The notes under the pieces are model-generated. The model worked only from the letters and a program-made list of their open reading frames with translations. It was not told the DNA's origin and did not search any database. Positions 47,801 to 57,874 of a DNA stretch of 61,923 nt are shown piece by piece. The position numbers were made by a program, and so were the translations under genes. Within the stretch, counting starts at the first letter, position 1, and the number at the start of each line of letters is the position of its first letter. This stretch comes from a virus (lineage: Duplodnaviria; Caudoviricetes), in the IMG/VR virus record IMGVR_UViG_3300028284_000458, positions 1-61,923 of that record; one strand, written 5' to 3'.

Positions 47801-50273
47801 CGATTGACCTACTAGGATGTTCTAATGAATACGTTCCTGTTGTTCCCTCACCCTCTATTAATTGTAACTCAGATGTAACAAAGTTTATATTTAAATTTTC
47901 TAGTGAGAATTCAGAAGATGATACAAATTGATTAACAACATCAGTTGATGTTTGTTGACCAGTTGCAATTAAATCATCCAAAACTTGATAACCAATTACA
48001 TCATTTGTTTCTAATGCAAAATTAGGAGTTAATGGTGTACAGTTTTTTGAAATATCATCAACTATTGTAATTTGGTCAATTATAGGTACTGCTTGTAATT
48101 TTGATATCCAAAGAGAATCATTTAAACTAACACTAGGAGGAAGTGGTTCATATAGTTTTAAAACTAATGATTTTTGTACCTCACCTATTAATTCTTTTTT
48201 GTTATTTTCTGGATTAATTCTAAAATCTGAAAATGTTGTATCATCTATTCCCCACGTTGCTACTAACTTGTTATTACCTTCACCTAAATGTAGATAATGA
48301 GTTAAGAAGGGAGATATTGAATCCTCAAATATAGAAGGATCGAAACGATTTACAAATGCAGATTTGATATCAGAAATAACATCACCTCTTCGTAAATTTA
48401 AATCTCCTTTTTCAAAAGAAATACTAACCTTTTCAGTCTTACCTTCAGTTAAAGAATCACCTTCTGTATTAAATGGAACTAAAAGTAAATCAAATTGTAT
48501 TACTCCCTTAACCTCTATTGGTTTAATATTTACAGAATTTAACTTTTGTAAAACATCCTTAATGTTAAATGAAGCTACACCAGATTCTGATAATCTACCT
48601 AATGATGCCTTAGAGTTTTTACTACCGGCATAAATGTAAATATAATTCGTATTAATAGATTGCCAGCTTATATCAAATGGAACATTGTTTCCTTTAAAAT
48701 CTGCTCCAACAATATTTTGTGGATAGTTAATGTGTGTAATATCAGGACCAGGTATAAAAGCTCTACTTTCAACCGTTACTGATATCTTTTCATTTTGACT
48801 ACTACCTCCCTTATTGGATACTGCTTGTAAGTAAATTGTATAATTACCAACTCCATTATAAAAATCGGAGTTTTTTAATGATAAACTACCATTTTTCTCA
48901 ATTTCTCTTCTCGTTGTACCAAGAGTATAATATACTTTATCTGCATTAACACTTCTATATGGTATATTTACTGATGTGTTAGCTGCTAAGTTAAGTTTAA
49001 CTCGATTGATATCAACAGCAATAGTTGGTTGAATTGGAGATGGCTCTACTGCAACTTTAGTAGCATTAACTACAACATTGGTTTGACCTGGAACTAAATC
49101 AATAGTAAGTTCTTTTGTCTTATTAGTTTGATTAGTTCGATTCTCAGGTGTGTTGTATGTAAACGTTACAGTATGTGTAAAGTCAGAAATACCAACAGAA
49201 GAGAATGTTACAGATGGTGGTATTTTACTATTTTCTGGAAGATATTCTAAATCAACATCCCCATCGTTTATTAAAAATCCACTCTTTCCCCATGATGTTT
49301 TATACTGAATTATATTATCAGCTGAAACAAAACTTTCTATACTTAATTCAACTGGAGTATTAACAATAGGATCTTCCTTTGGGTCTTCCTTTACAATAAC
49401 TTTTGTTAAATCAAAATCTAAATTAGCAAATTGAGCTTTGTTAATAGTATCGGTTATTTTATTTATTTGATTTAAAAGTGGAATTTCTTTTCCGTTCTTT
49501 TGTAATCTAAACTCATAATAATCAAATTCTATTAGACTAACTGGTCTGGGTTTTTTTGGAATTCTATTTCTAGTAGGAGTAGAGTATCCCAAATCTCTAC
49601 TACGTGTTCCACGAATATTTGAATCGTTGAATTGAAAATCATCATTTAATCCTGATCCATATAATCCAAATCCTCTATCATTGAACTGATTCCCACTTCC
49701 TCTAATGGGGATGAGTTCCCTTTCATCGTAATCAATAAAATCATCAAATTGATCTACCGTAGCTGTTACTAATGGTACTACAGTTTTAGTAAATTTTCTT
49801 TTTACAGAAAATAGTTTATATTCATCTTCTGAAAGATAACCTGCTCTGGCTATTTTGAAATACTTTGGTGTTAGTAGTTGTTTTCCAGTATAGGTATATA
49901 TCTTAGCTGGAGTTGATAATGTATCCTTACCATCTACTACAATAGTACCACCATTAGTAGAAGTAACATTAACTTGTATAGTTCTACTTTGTGATAATAC
50001 TGCTGGTGGTTTTGATGGATATTTACAACTACCATCACTAATAGTAGCTGATGGGTTATAGTTTGTTGCAGTTCTATCAATACATCCACGTATAACAGTT
50101 ATATTACCTCTACCACCACCACCGCTACCACGGCCGCCACCTCCACCGAAGTTTCGTGTAAAGTCAACGCCTTCACCACCACCATTGAGGTTTCCTCCAC
50201 CACCAAAGTCATCATTTTGGTTACGGTTGTATCCACTTCCTTCATCTAGGAATTCGTTTTGTCTAACTGCCAT
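44898..50273 (-). CDS. Large baseplate wedge protein (P2 gpI/T4 gp7-like motif, LamG domain, Gly-rich N-terminus)
   Basis: LPYLHKNKGTRRAISAALSCYG (gpI-like HxxKGT), GSIDEFRLWS LamG motif, PARAK. Confidence 0.75.
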   Translation of the reverse strand: MAVRQNEFLDEGSGYNRNQNDDFGGGGNLNGGGEGVDFTRNFGGGGGRGSGGGGRGNITVIRGCIDRTATNYNPSATISDGSCKYPSKPPAVLSQSRTIQVNVTSTNGGTIVVDGKDTLSTPAKIYTYTGKQLLTPKYFKIARAGYLSEDEYKLFSVKRKFTKTVVPLVTATVDQFDDFIDYDERELIPIRGSGNQFNDRGFGLYGSGLNDDFQFNDSNIRGTRSRDLGYSTPTRNRIPKKPRPVSLIEFDYYEFRLQKNGKEIPLLNQINKITDTINKAQFANLDFDLTKVIVKEDPKEDPIVNTPVELSIESFVSADNIIQYKTSWGKSGFLINDGDVDLEYLPENSKIPPSVTFSSVGISDFTHTVTFTYNTPENRTNQTNKTKELTIDLVPGQTNVVVNATKVAVEPSPIQPTIAVDINRVKLNLAANTSVNIPYRSVNADKVYYTLGTTRREIEKNGSLSLKNSDFYNGVGNYTIYLQAVSNKGGSSQNEKISVTVESRAFIPGPDITHINYPQNIVGADFKGNNVPFDISWQSINTNYIYIYAGSKNSKASLGRLSESGVASFNIKDVLQKLNSVNIKPIEVKGVIQFDLLLVPFNTEGDSLTEGKTEKVSISFEKGDLNLRRGDVISDIKSAFVNRFDPSIFEDSISPFLTHYLHLGEGNNKLVATWGIDDTTFSDFRINPENNKKELIGEVQKSLVLKLYEPLPPSVSLNDSLWISKLQAVPIIDQITIVDDISKNCTPLTPNFALETNDVIGYQVLDDLIATGQQTSTDVVNQFVSSSEFSLENLNINFVTSELQLIEGEGTTGTYSLEHPSRSIDFKNFVKYSSAEERVENFVYKVKLIQSYEERYDGLVSGSSINFGGTTGNLIGGVTSSVAVRNEAQRTLGKINDVKKGFDSFEKFLFTSSSISNITYPGAGQNELSASSHQSVLKWYEDTITSASNFDADNSSRLVNNLPLHIKNDPEGSTFPLFFDMVGQHFDVLWLHIKGISQTKQLEHKFENGINDKLIYHMLESLGWDADMGAQSQTLWEYAFGKNSDGSTATAMSGKERQNEIWRRLLNNLPYLHKNKGTRRAISAALSCYGIPQSMLTVMEFGGPQPGNGTSTFTYEDRTSAINITGSDSIIVPWKSHKEKYPDCIEFRINTDQKKDQRLVTATGWNLNIDYPESGSLAKLTFNILSNGTYVSSSTEQVSFFNDEYTQIAINRITGSIGSVDDTYTVYLKEGLDGRIRNSTFSTFTVPTASNGWESGNVLTIGGSTLTGSIDEFRLWSAPLSESVIKNHTLLPESINGNHISSSTDDLLFRLDFEYPKDRSSSGDTSIKNVSIDTTYSSFATASNFTSITDYPHQYVVYDRNVTAEVPSSGFAPGNKVRFETQTKITDLSYRSRATKKSLDQAPLDSDKLGLFFSPTKEINLDIMKSLGGFEIDNYIGDPGDAFKQEYGELSKLRNYYFERYNLNIGEYIQLVRYIDKSLFDVLESLVPARAKVATGILISPHILERSKIEQRPATASPNNHAGEVKVEHTITSADNVISGKLSAQDDTKLKGDKTDFNGFIDSTDSTKLVGSNKVINATLNINNLTNEQGFVTINSGSDMGGISFIVDAAVTGSVQGEYDGDVFNQIGMEPDSLTVAGFGLYGQNGHAIITKIDNDNNFYKVRKRVDVVTESYTVEVPENINSSDSSMGRHFVTQTFERKKISFRNFSDSGSITGDNIVSVVPLNGYVPYHYRNVGDLTSGLENSFSNGSKQTSKTTLDGGSPVQTFTTNPNTLRVSDSGRGSGEPILEVD

Positions 50274-50276
50274 GTA

Positions 50277-50285
50277 TATAAATAT
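50277..50285 (-). promoter_or_regulatory. ATATTTATA motif only 3 nt before the ATG
   Basis: ATATTTATATAC-ATG. Confidence 0.55.
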
Positions 50286-50300
50286 GGTTATTTATTATTG

Positions 50301-52301
50301 TTATAACATCCTTGGATTACGTCCTCTTCTGAGAACAATTTCTCTTCCATTACCATTATTCCTTCCCATTCCTCTATCATTGAAATAATTACGGTCTAAA
50401 TCCTCTCCACCAATATATCCACCTGATCCTGAACCGGATCCTCCTCTATTAATCTGAATTGGTTTTGGTGTTGGTTTTGGTGGTGCTGGTCTTGGTATAG
50501 GTTTTGGTTTAGGTCTTGGTGGTACAGGTTTTATAACAACAACCGGTGGTTTTGGTTTTGGTTGTTGTGTAACACAAGGTCCTAACTCAATACATACAAT
50601 ACCAGGTCCTTTTGATATAGAACCCCTTTGTGCACATATAGTTGTTGTATCACCTGGAAGTAAATTAGTAGATGATTTAGTATTACCTACTGCATCTTTA
50701 TATGTTACCGATAATGGTACTTGAATTACATCACGTGTGTATGGTTGGTAGAACTTATTTTGTTCAAACCCACCTATTCCATAATTACCTCTGTTTTGGT
50801 TGTATGAAATATTGCCACTTCCAGGTCCGTATCTTTCTCTGTAATCGTTATGTATTAAACCCATAGGAGATAAAGTTTGTTGCTTATTGTTAGTATTTCT
50901 AACACTATACATACGTGTTGTTGCTGTTTTGGTTGGTTTAGGTACTTCCCTAACATCTCCTACAAATTTGAAACTATTTACATCATGTGTAATCTGAAAT
51001 GAATCATATTCAACCCCTTTAATAGTTTTTATATTTCCATTTTGCTTATATTTGATATTAGCAGTTGCAGACCATACATAATAGTTTTTTCCAACTGTAT
51101 CAATTCTATCTTTATACTTACAAGTACCATTATCTTCAGTTGCATTTCTATTGTAATTAAGTGCAGATGAATCCATACAACCTTTTATTGTTGGTGGTAC
51201 TTCTTCTTCTACTTCTACTTCCTTATATATACAACTACCATCATTATCTTGAGCTAATGGATTATAATTATCAGCCTTTGGGTCTGTACAACCTCGTACT
51301 CGTGCATTAACTTTATCTGGAACAGTTGAAGTATATGATGAATTTGATGTAACAGATTTTAATATCTGAGAAACCTTATCCATTGTTATTTGTTCTTCCT
51401 TACTTAATATATTATCTTTTTGTATATCTCGTTTTGGTAGATAAAAGTCTATACAATTAATTAAAGATTGTTGTGCATCTTGTTGTAATTGTGAAATTGA
51501 TAAATCAATACAATCCGCTTTATCTCCCAATGCATTACCATAATTTACATCATTAATACTCCAATTTCTATTTGAAGCATAATAATTCATTGATTCAATA
51601 AATTTTGTTTTAACTCTGTTTATTAATATTTCAAAACTAGGTATGTTAAATTCTGTTTTAATTAAATTTATATATTCAACACCCTCGGATTCATTTCCCT
51701 TTGACATCAAGAAATCTTGTAATATTTTTTCTAAATCTAAATTTTCAATAAAAACATTTACATAATAAATTACATCATCTCTAAATGTACCATTATCAAG
51801 AAATACAGATAATCTTTTTTCTAAATCTTTGTTTTTTCTTTTAGCTCTATTCGGCAATAATCTAATCTCAGTTCTTGATGGTGAAATTTCATGTACCCAT
51901 AAATTATTATCATCATCGTTTGCATCAGTTCCAACTCTTCTATTCAAAAGAGTTACCTGTGTTTTAAATATTCCATTAGAGTATCCTGCCTCTCTAATTA
52001 GTTTTTCAATATCTACTATAAATTCAGGAGTTCCATTTTTCTTTTTAGTAAATTGATTATCTGATATTATAAAGTAATCGTTAATGTTTACATCATCTAG
52101 GTAAATATAACGTACCATCTTACCATCATCACCTTGTGGTAATTGATTTTCACTTGAATCAAATAAGATAAATTCGATCATATCAGAACACCCAAGTCCA
52201 AAGTTAGATTTAGATATTTCTCTTTCAAATACCTTTCTATCCTCAGGATTAACTTTATATCCCTTTCTATCGATAATCTCTTTAAATCCTTCTATTGCCA
52301 T
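50301..52301 (-). CDS. Structural/hypothetical protein with two GCxDxxAxNYxxxAxxDxGxC repeats and a Pro/Gly-rich tail
   Basis: EISPSRTEIRL motif; Cys repeats at 51231-51293 and 51120-51182. Confidence 0.65.
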   Translation of the reverse strand: MAIEGFKEIIDRKGYKVNPEDRKVFEREISKSNFGLGCSDMIEFILFDSSENQLPQGDDGKMVRYIYLDDVNINDYFIISDNQFTKKKNGTPEFIVDIEKLIREAGYSNGIFKTQVTLLNRRVGTDANDDDNNLWVHEISPSRTEIRLLPNRAKRKNKDLEKRLSVFLDNGTFRDDVIYYVNVFIENLDLEKILQDFLMSKGNESEGVEYINLIKTEFNIPSFEILINRVKTKFIESMNYYASNRNWSINDVNYGNALGDKADCIDLSISQLQQDAQQSLINCIDFYLPKRDIQKDNILSKEEQITMDKVSQILKSVTSNSSYTSTVPDKVNARVRGCTDPKADNYNPLAQDNDGSCIYKEVEVEEEVPPTIKGCMDSSALNYNRNATEDNGTCKYKDRIDTVGKNYYVWSATANIKYKQNGNIKTIKGVEYDSFQITHDVNSFKFVGDVREVPKPTKTATTRMYSVRNTNNKQQTLSPMGLIHNDYRERYGPGSGNISYNQNRGNYGIGGFEQNKFYQPYTRDVIQVPLSVTYKDAVGNTKSSTNLLPGDTTTICAQRGSISKGPGIVCIELGPCVTQQPKPKPPVVVIKPVPPRPKPKPIPRPAPPKPTPKPIQINRGGSGSGSGGYIGGEDLDRNYFNDRGMGRNNGNGREIVLRRGRNPRML

Positions 52302-53641
52302 TATCCTTTTTTATTTTTTCTAACCTTCCAAGTAAGATTTTCTACTTTTACATTACCATTTCCATCTTCAAATTCAATTTCTATTTTAAATTTACCAGCA
52401 TAATCTCTGGCTTTGTTACCGTAGTTTTTTGGTTTTGGACTATTCTTTCCACCAATTGATTTTCTAAAGTAAAATGGTTCTGAATATTCTTGTCCTTGTT
52501 CAATATTTACATTTACTGATTGTTTCATTCCACTACTATCATTACCAAGACCTATTACTTTTCCTGAAATACCTCCACCAGATGTTTGTATTAATTTAAT
52601 CTTAGTTATTTTCTTCCCATCATCTCTAAGATTCTTTACCTTTATTACACCAGCCTTACCACTAGAGTTTGCAGATTTCCTTGCAGTTGTCCATTTTGCA
52701 CCGTTTTCTTCACCACTATCCTGGTCACTTACAACTGCAAAATAAACTTCATTACCAGCAGTTGGTGTTAATCCACTTGCTGCGGCCGCACTTTCTGCAG
52801 CTGCTCCTGATACTTGACTTGTAAGTTGAGCAACAATATCTTTTTGTACTTCTAGTAACGATTTTAACGTAGCTTTTTGTGCTTGTAATCCTTGAACTTG
52901 TGCAGTAAGAGATACTCTCTCTATACCTTCCTTAGTACCCTTAATAATAGCTTGTTGAAAATCTGATAATAATTTTGTAAACCTATCATTAGCAACTTCA
53001 GTTTCATCTTCAGCGGCGGCTCTTTGTAGTAATGCCGAATCTTCTGATACTTCAAGTTGTGATACAATACTTCTCAATTCTTCACTAATTGAAATCTCGT
53101 TATTTAACTGAACTCTTAAATCTTCAAGTTCACTCACCTTATCATCAAATCTAGCTTGAAGTTTAAGGTATTTACTTTTAAGTATGTAAGGAGCTTTTTC
53201 TGGCTTGGTTTTTTTTATTAACTCATCAACCTTTACATCAAGAGATTTTTTTAGTTCCTCTTCGTTATATTTTGGTTTTTCTATATAACCTGATGTTTCT
53301 CCACTAAATTTTTCTTGTTGTTCTGATATAATATCAAATTCATCAGTATCCATCCAATCGGATTTATACTTTATAGAATTTGGATTTTTTAAATCTCTTA
53401 TTGGTTGTAACCCATACTTAACAAATGGTTTTTCTTTTTTTAACCAACTAATAGATTTACCTCGTTTTTTAAATTTAACAAATGTCTTTGCATCATCTCT
53501 AGATAATCCAATTGGAATTTGTCTACCTCCCATTTTGCGCACCATGATTGAACCAGTTTTTTTATCTCTGGTTTTATCTATTGCCTTAGAACCTTTTGAT
53601 AAAAGTTCACTAACTCTAAAATCTTCTGGTTTAGCTGCCAT
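52301..53641 (-). CDS. Coiled-coil hypothetical (likely structural) protein
   Basis: Long heptad-like central region; lies in the baseplate module. Confidence 0.6.
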   Translation of the reverse strand: MAAKPEDFRVSELLSKGSKAIDKTRDKKTGSIMVRKMGGRQIPIGLSRDDAKTFVKFKKRGKSISWLKKEKPFVKYGLQPIRDLKNPNSIKYKSDWMDTDEFDIISEQQEKFSGETSGYIEKPKYNEEELKKSLDVKVDELIKKTKPEKAPYILKSKYLKLQARFDDKVSELEDLRVQLNNEISISEELRSIVSQLEVSEDSALLQRAAAEDETEVANDRFTKLLSDFQQAIIKGTKEGIERVSLTAQVQGLQAQKATLKSLLEVQKDIVAQLTSQVSGAAAESAAAASGLTPTAGNEVYFAVVSDQDSGEENGAKWTTARKSANSSGKAGVIKVKNLRDDGKKITKIKLIQTSGGGISGKVIGLGNDSSGMKQSVNVNIEQGQEYSEPFYFRKSIGGKNSPKPKNYGNKARDYAGKFKIEIEFEDGNGNVKVENLTWKVRKNKKG

Positions 53642-53642
53642 C

Positions 53643-54704
53643 TTATAATTCTACGGTGAATGTTAAATCTTTATCTTCGAAATATTCAATCACGCCGTTT
53701 CTATTTATCTTTATTTCAATATAATAATCTCTATTGATTTCCCAATTTGTCAAATTTAATTTAAAGAAGTGTCCATTTGCATCACAACTAACCTTAGTAT
53801 AGTTATCATCGAATGGAACAACCACTTCACCAGTTACTATATCTTTAATTTGATAATAAGTGGTTGTTGGTAAATATTTTACATCAGTATAAGAATATGT
53901 GTTAGTATAAGTTTTAAGAGGATATTTCTCTCTTGCAAAAACTCTGATTGTAGGTTTACTTCCTCTCTTATATGAAGTTTTTAATCTCTTGAAAGTTACA
54001 TGTATATCATCTGATGTAAGTTCTGTAAGAGATCCTGTTGTATACGTAGAATCATCCCAACCAATTCTTAGTTTAGGTTGGTAAATTGTATTTGTTTCTT
54101 TAGAAAAGAATTTTAATTGTCCATAATCCTCAGTATCGTTTTCTAATTCCGAATCATGTTTTAATATCAATCCATTATTTGGAATCGAACCAGATATCCA
54201 TGCTTGTATTGGGGTTAGTACATCCATTGTTATATCAGCCGATTGATATGAAAATGTTTGAGATGCGGATGATCCTGTTAGCCACATTCCTCCCTTACCA
54301 TTGTGTGAACCGGAACTCTCCAATGAAGCAGAACCAATTAACCAATTAGAAGAAGATGTTCTTTTATTCCAAGTTGAACCATCGGTTGATATTTTATCAA
54401 ATCTAGTACCAAGTCCAGCATCCCATGATTGAGAGATTGGATAAGCATATATTGTATAATCAGTTGGAATTTCTACGGATTCACATTCTCTAAGTATTAA
54501 TTCTGCCGAGTGAATTTCTATTTCACCACTTGCATTTGAAGCAGATATATTATTTGTATTAAATTGAATTAATGAATGTGAAACATCCTTTAAATTACCA
54601 TAATACGTTTTTGATATTTCCAATATCTCATCTCTACCAGTATTTTGAGATGGTTGTTGTAAATAAATTGTTGAATCTTTTGATGCTGTTACGAAATAGT
54701 ACAT
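53643..54704 (-). CDS. DNRLRE-like domain structural protein
   Basis: A.KD.TIY...P..N.G.D..L, SLIQF, W..G.G, W..GS..NNGL.LK, FFS.ET...PKL. Confidence 0.6.
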   Translation of the reverse strand: MYYFVTASKDSTIYLQQPSQNTGRDEILEISKTYYGNLKDVSHSLIQFNTNNISASNASGEIEIHSAELILRECESVEIPTDYTIYAYPISQSWDAGLGTRFDKISTDGSTWNKRTSSSNWLIGSASLESSGSHNGKGGMWLTGSSASQTFSYQSADITMDVLTPIQAWISGSIPNNGLILKHDSELENDTEDYGQLKFFSKETNTIYQPKLRIGWDDSTYTTGSLTELTSDDIHVTFKRLKTSYKRGSKPTIRVFAREKYPLKTYTNTYSYTDVKYLPTTTYYQIKDIVTGEVVVPFDDNYTKVSCDANGHFFKLNLTNWEINRDYYIEIKINRNGVIEYFEDKDLTFTVEL

Positions 54705-56719
54705 TATACAACCCTCCCTTTTATATCTTTGTTAGGAAACTTAACTTCAAATACCGATGGATCTAAAGATGGATAAACCATTTTACCTTTAGTTGCATCT
54801 GATATATTATATGAGTGAGATGAGTAACTTCCTAAACATTTATTTACTATCTCACACTTTGGTACGGATTGAACTCCCTCAACACCTGCAATTAATAATT
54901 CTATTTCAGAAATATTAATAGCCATATTAAATGTCCAATTATCTATATTAAAATATTTTGCTAATGCTTGTTGTACCTTAACTAATACTTCTCTCTTATT
55001 ATATCCACCATAAACTCTTATTTCAAAATCACATCCAATGTTTATAACGTAACCATCAATTAAATTAATACCATCGGTTAACATTCTATATTCACTAATA
55101 TATGTTTTTAAGTTTTCTTTAACTGCTTGGTTTAGTGTTGATAAACTTTTATTACCATCATATCCAAGTATGTATAAGTTAATTGCAAATGGATTGTTCT
55201 TCTCAGTTGCATTACCTTTTTTACCACCTAAGAATTTAGTTACTTCGGATTTTATTTCATCATCTGTTTTACTAGAACCTCCAAGTGATTGAACCAATCC
55301 TGTAAACTCTTCAAGTGAATTTGGATTACTCAGTATAGAAGCTGGTGAGTTATTATCCAACTCCCCATCTGGTGCACAATATGCTTTTGCAATACCACCA
55401 TATTTTGCTGGTAGTGATAACGCTCTTACTTGATAATCTTTTCTTGTTACTGCTCTATTCTGTGAACCAAAGTTTGCCAACGAGTTTTCTCTAATTTCGT
55501 CAATAGTATCAGCTCCTCTACCACCTGTTCCCGGTTCCTCGTTATCACAAGCTACTGAGGCTTTAGATGCTTGATATAATCTTAGTTCTGCTGGTAGAAA
55601 TGATGTACCATCATCATCAAATTGAATTGTTTCAATATTATTTAATTCACCAACACCACAATTTGACTTAACTCCACCACCAGTTAAATAAGATACGGTA
55701 AATACACCTTTTGGAGCTTGTCCATATGATTTTGTTTTTAAAAAGTTTGAAGGATCAAATGATGCTCCCATTTTATCAATAGAAGAATTAAGACCTAATC
55801 CTACATTTTTAAAAGTAGGAACTAATGTTGAATCATCATCTGCCGAATTACCTGCACCGAATACAAGAGTTGTTGTATTAGTTGGATTTATTTTTGTTGT
55901 AAATCTTCTTGATGTTTTTAAAACTTTAAGAACATTTGGTACAGATTCTTTGAATTGAGCCAAATCTTTATCGTTTTGTTCTGAATTTGCATAATCAACA
56001 TAAACCATTTCTTGTGCTAAATAAGGAACTTCATACCACTTATTACCATTAGAATCTCTTACATCATAAATATCGATTACATTAGTATCACCAATATCTA
56101 TTTTAGAAAATTGTGATGGTGATGATCCGAAATCATATACAATGGTTTTTAATTCTGCAGATTGTGCATTTATATATTTTTTTAATAAATATGTTGTAGG
56201 TGCTCCATCATTACTTTGATATATTGAAATCTCTCTATCATCTTCTACTGAAAAATCTAATAACTCCGTTGTTCTAAACCGAGTACCACTTGAATTTGCT
56301 ACAACAACCATTCCTTCTTTAATTCTCAAACAATATTCTAAATCAGGCCTTACATCTTCTCCTACTCCTATTGATGGTACTGTTTGGTATACTGCAAGTT
56401 TAACAATAGATGCTGCTGTTACTCTTGGCTTATAACCAAGGTACTCTGCTAGTGCAACTACATTTTGTTTATCTTCAGAATATAACATTAAAGACTCTTT
56501 CAATGAATCATCTGTGTAATAAGATAATACATCTCCAAGATATGATGCCATTTCTATGAACATCATTCCAGGAGAAGCTTCGTTAAAATCAGAATAAGTT
56601 TGTGGGAAATATGTTTTTGCGTAATCAATTAAGTTTTCTCTAAATTGTGAGAAATCTTTATTAAGGTACTTTATGTCCCTACCTGAATTTGATTTTTTTG
56701 TGGTTTGATTTAATGCCAT
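54704..56719 (-). CDS. gp6: Baseplate wedge subunit (T4 gp6/baseplate J-like)
   Basis: KDF..FR..L..YAKTYFP..YSDFN..SPG..FIE, LGYKP, GGRGADT..EIR, QNRAVT..DY. Confidence 0.85.
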   Translation of the reverse strand: MALNQTTKKSNSGRDIKYLNKDFSQFRENLIDYAKTYFPQTYSDFNEASPGMMFIEMASYLGDVLSYYTDDSLKESLMLYSEDKQNVVALAEYLGYKPRVTAASIVKLAVYQTVPSIGVGEDVRPDLEYCLRIKEGMVVVANSSGTRFRTTELLDFSVEDDREISIYQSNDGAPTTYLLKKYINAQSAELKTIVYDFGSSPSQFSKIDIGDTNVIDIYDVRDSNGNKWYEVPYLAQEMVYVDYANSEQNDKDLAQFKESVPNVLKVLKTSRRFTTKINPTNTTTLVFGAGNSADDDSTLVPTFKNVGLGLNSSIDKMGASFDPSNFLKTKSYGQAPKGVFTVSYLTGGGVKSNCGVGELNNIETIQFDDDGTSFLPAELRLYQASKASVACDNEEPGTGGRGADTIDEIRENSLANFGSQNRAVTRKDYQVRALSLPAKYGGIAKAYCAPDGELDNNSPASILSNPNSLEEFTGLVQSLGGSSKTDDEIKSEVTKFLGGKKGNATEKNNPFAINLYILGYDGNKSLSTLNQAVKENLKTYISEYRMLTDGINLIDGYVINIGCDFEIRVYGGYNKREVLVKVQQALAKYFNIDNWTFNMAINISEIELLIAGVEGVQSVPKCEIVNKCLGSYSSHSYNISDATKGKMVYPSLDPSVFEVKFPNKDIKGRVV

Positions 56720-56724
56720 TTCTT

Positions 56725-57159
56725 TTATGCCTCTATGTTGAATGTTAATTCTTGTGATTCAAATTGCCCACCAACTGAAAATAACAATTTTACTACTGCT
56801 CTATTTAAATCTTTCATCTCATCAGTCATTTGTACTTCTATTTCATCAATATCAATATATGGTAACCAATAATTAACACTAGTTGTTATTGCTGATTCAA
56901 GTTTTTCTTCTAGAACCCCCTCTACGAGTGGTTCAAACAATAAAGATGCAAGGCCAGTTCCAAAATTTGGCTGAAATGGTCTTTCTCCTTTATTTGTTAA
57001 TAGTAAATTTTTTAAATTGCTTTTAGCAGCTTCAAACGAGGAATATGATTGATTAAACATAGTACCTCCTCCTGATTGTATAGGCAAAGTAATTCCATAC
57101 GCGGAGTTCGAAAACTCTTCGGTATCTTTTACTATTTTCTTATCAAGAATGTAAGCCAT
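56725..57159 (-). CDS. gp25: Baseplate gp25/GPW family protein
   Basis: NLKNLLLTNKGERPFQPNFGTGL..LLFEP. Confidence 0.9.
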   Translation of the reverse strand: MAYILDKKIVKDTEEFSNSAYGITLPIQSGGGTMFNQSYSSFEAAKSNLKNLLLTNKGERPFQPNFGTGLASLLFEPLVEGVLEEKLESAITTSVNYWLPYIDIDEIEVQMTDEMKDLNRAVVKLLFSVGGQFESQELTFNIEA

Positions 57160-57174
57160 TTATTTATCCTTATT

Positions 57175-57822
57175 TTATCTCTTAAACTTTTTAACAAGTT
57201 CAGAGTTATCTCTATTTAATATTCTATCTAAACCAGGTAACCCAGTCTGAACTCCTAAACCTGTTTTATTTGGTTGAGTTCCTTTTGTTTGATATCCCAT
57301 TTTGTGAGCCATTTGTGCTCTTAATGCTTCCGTTCCACCTGCTCCTAAAGATGTTCCCATATTAACTGTTTGGTCAATATCTGGTTCTGCATCCATATAA
57401 GAAGGTATGTAAGTATTTTCTTGAACTGTTGGTTGTTGTGTTTGTTGTGGCAATCCATCTAATACAGATGCTCCACCACCTTGACCACTTCTCTGTGCTT
57501 TAGAAAAGGGAGTTGTTTGATTTAATACTTGATTTAATACTGGATTCTTTGAAAATGTTCTCTGTTGTGTTTGTACACTTTCTTGTATTGGAACAACTGT
57601 TTCTGATTGTTCTCTTCTAAGAACTTCATTTGCCATATCAAATGGATCCTGTACTTTCTTCTTTAATACCTTTTTAGGTGCGCTTGTAACTTCCAATAAT
57701 CTTTTACTAACTTCAGCTTCTAAGATTTTAGGAAATGTTTTAGACAAAAATAGAGTTTGCTTTTTAGCAACTTCTACTTCAACGAGTGCCTTTATTACTT
57801 TAATTAATTGTTTGTTATTCAT
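57175..57822 (-). CDS. Hypothetical protein
   Basis: 215-aa ORF with upstream ATATTTATA. Confidence 0.65.
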   Translation of the reverse strand: MNNKQLIKVIKALVEVEVAKKQTLFLSKTFPKILEAEVSKRLLEVTSAPKKVLKKKVQDPFDMANEVLRREQSETVVPIQESVQTQQRTFSKNPVLNQVLNQTTPFSKAQRSGQGGGASVLDGLPQQTQQPTVQENTYIPSYMDAEPDIDQTVNMGTSLGAGGTEALRAQMAHKMGYQTKGTQPNKTGLGVQTGLPGLDRILNRDNSELVKKFKR

Positions 57823-57843
57823 TTCTAATTCTTGTTATCTTAC

Positions 57844-57852
57844 TATAAATAT
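57844..57852 (-). promoter_or_regulatory. ATATTTATA candidate late promoter
   Basis: 21 nt upstream of ATG 57822. Confidence 0.6.
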
Positions 57853-57874
57853 ATCTTTGTTGATTTTATGGTTC

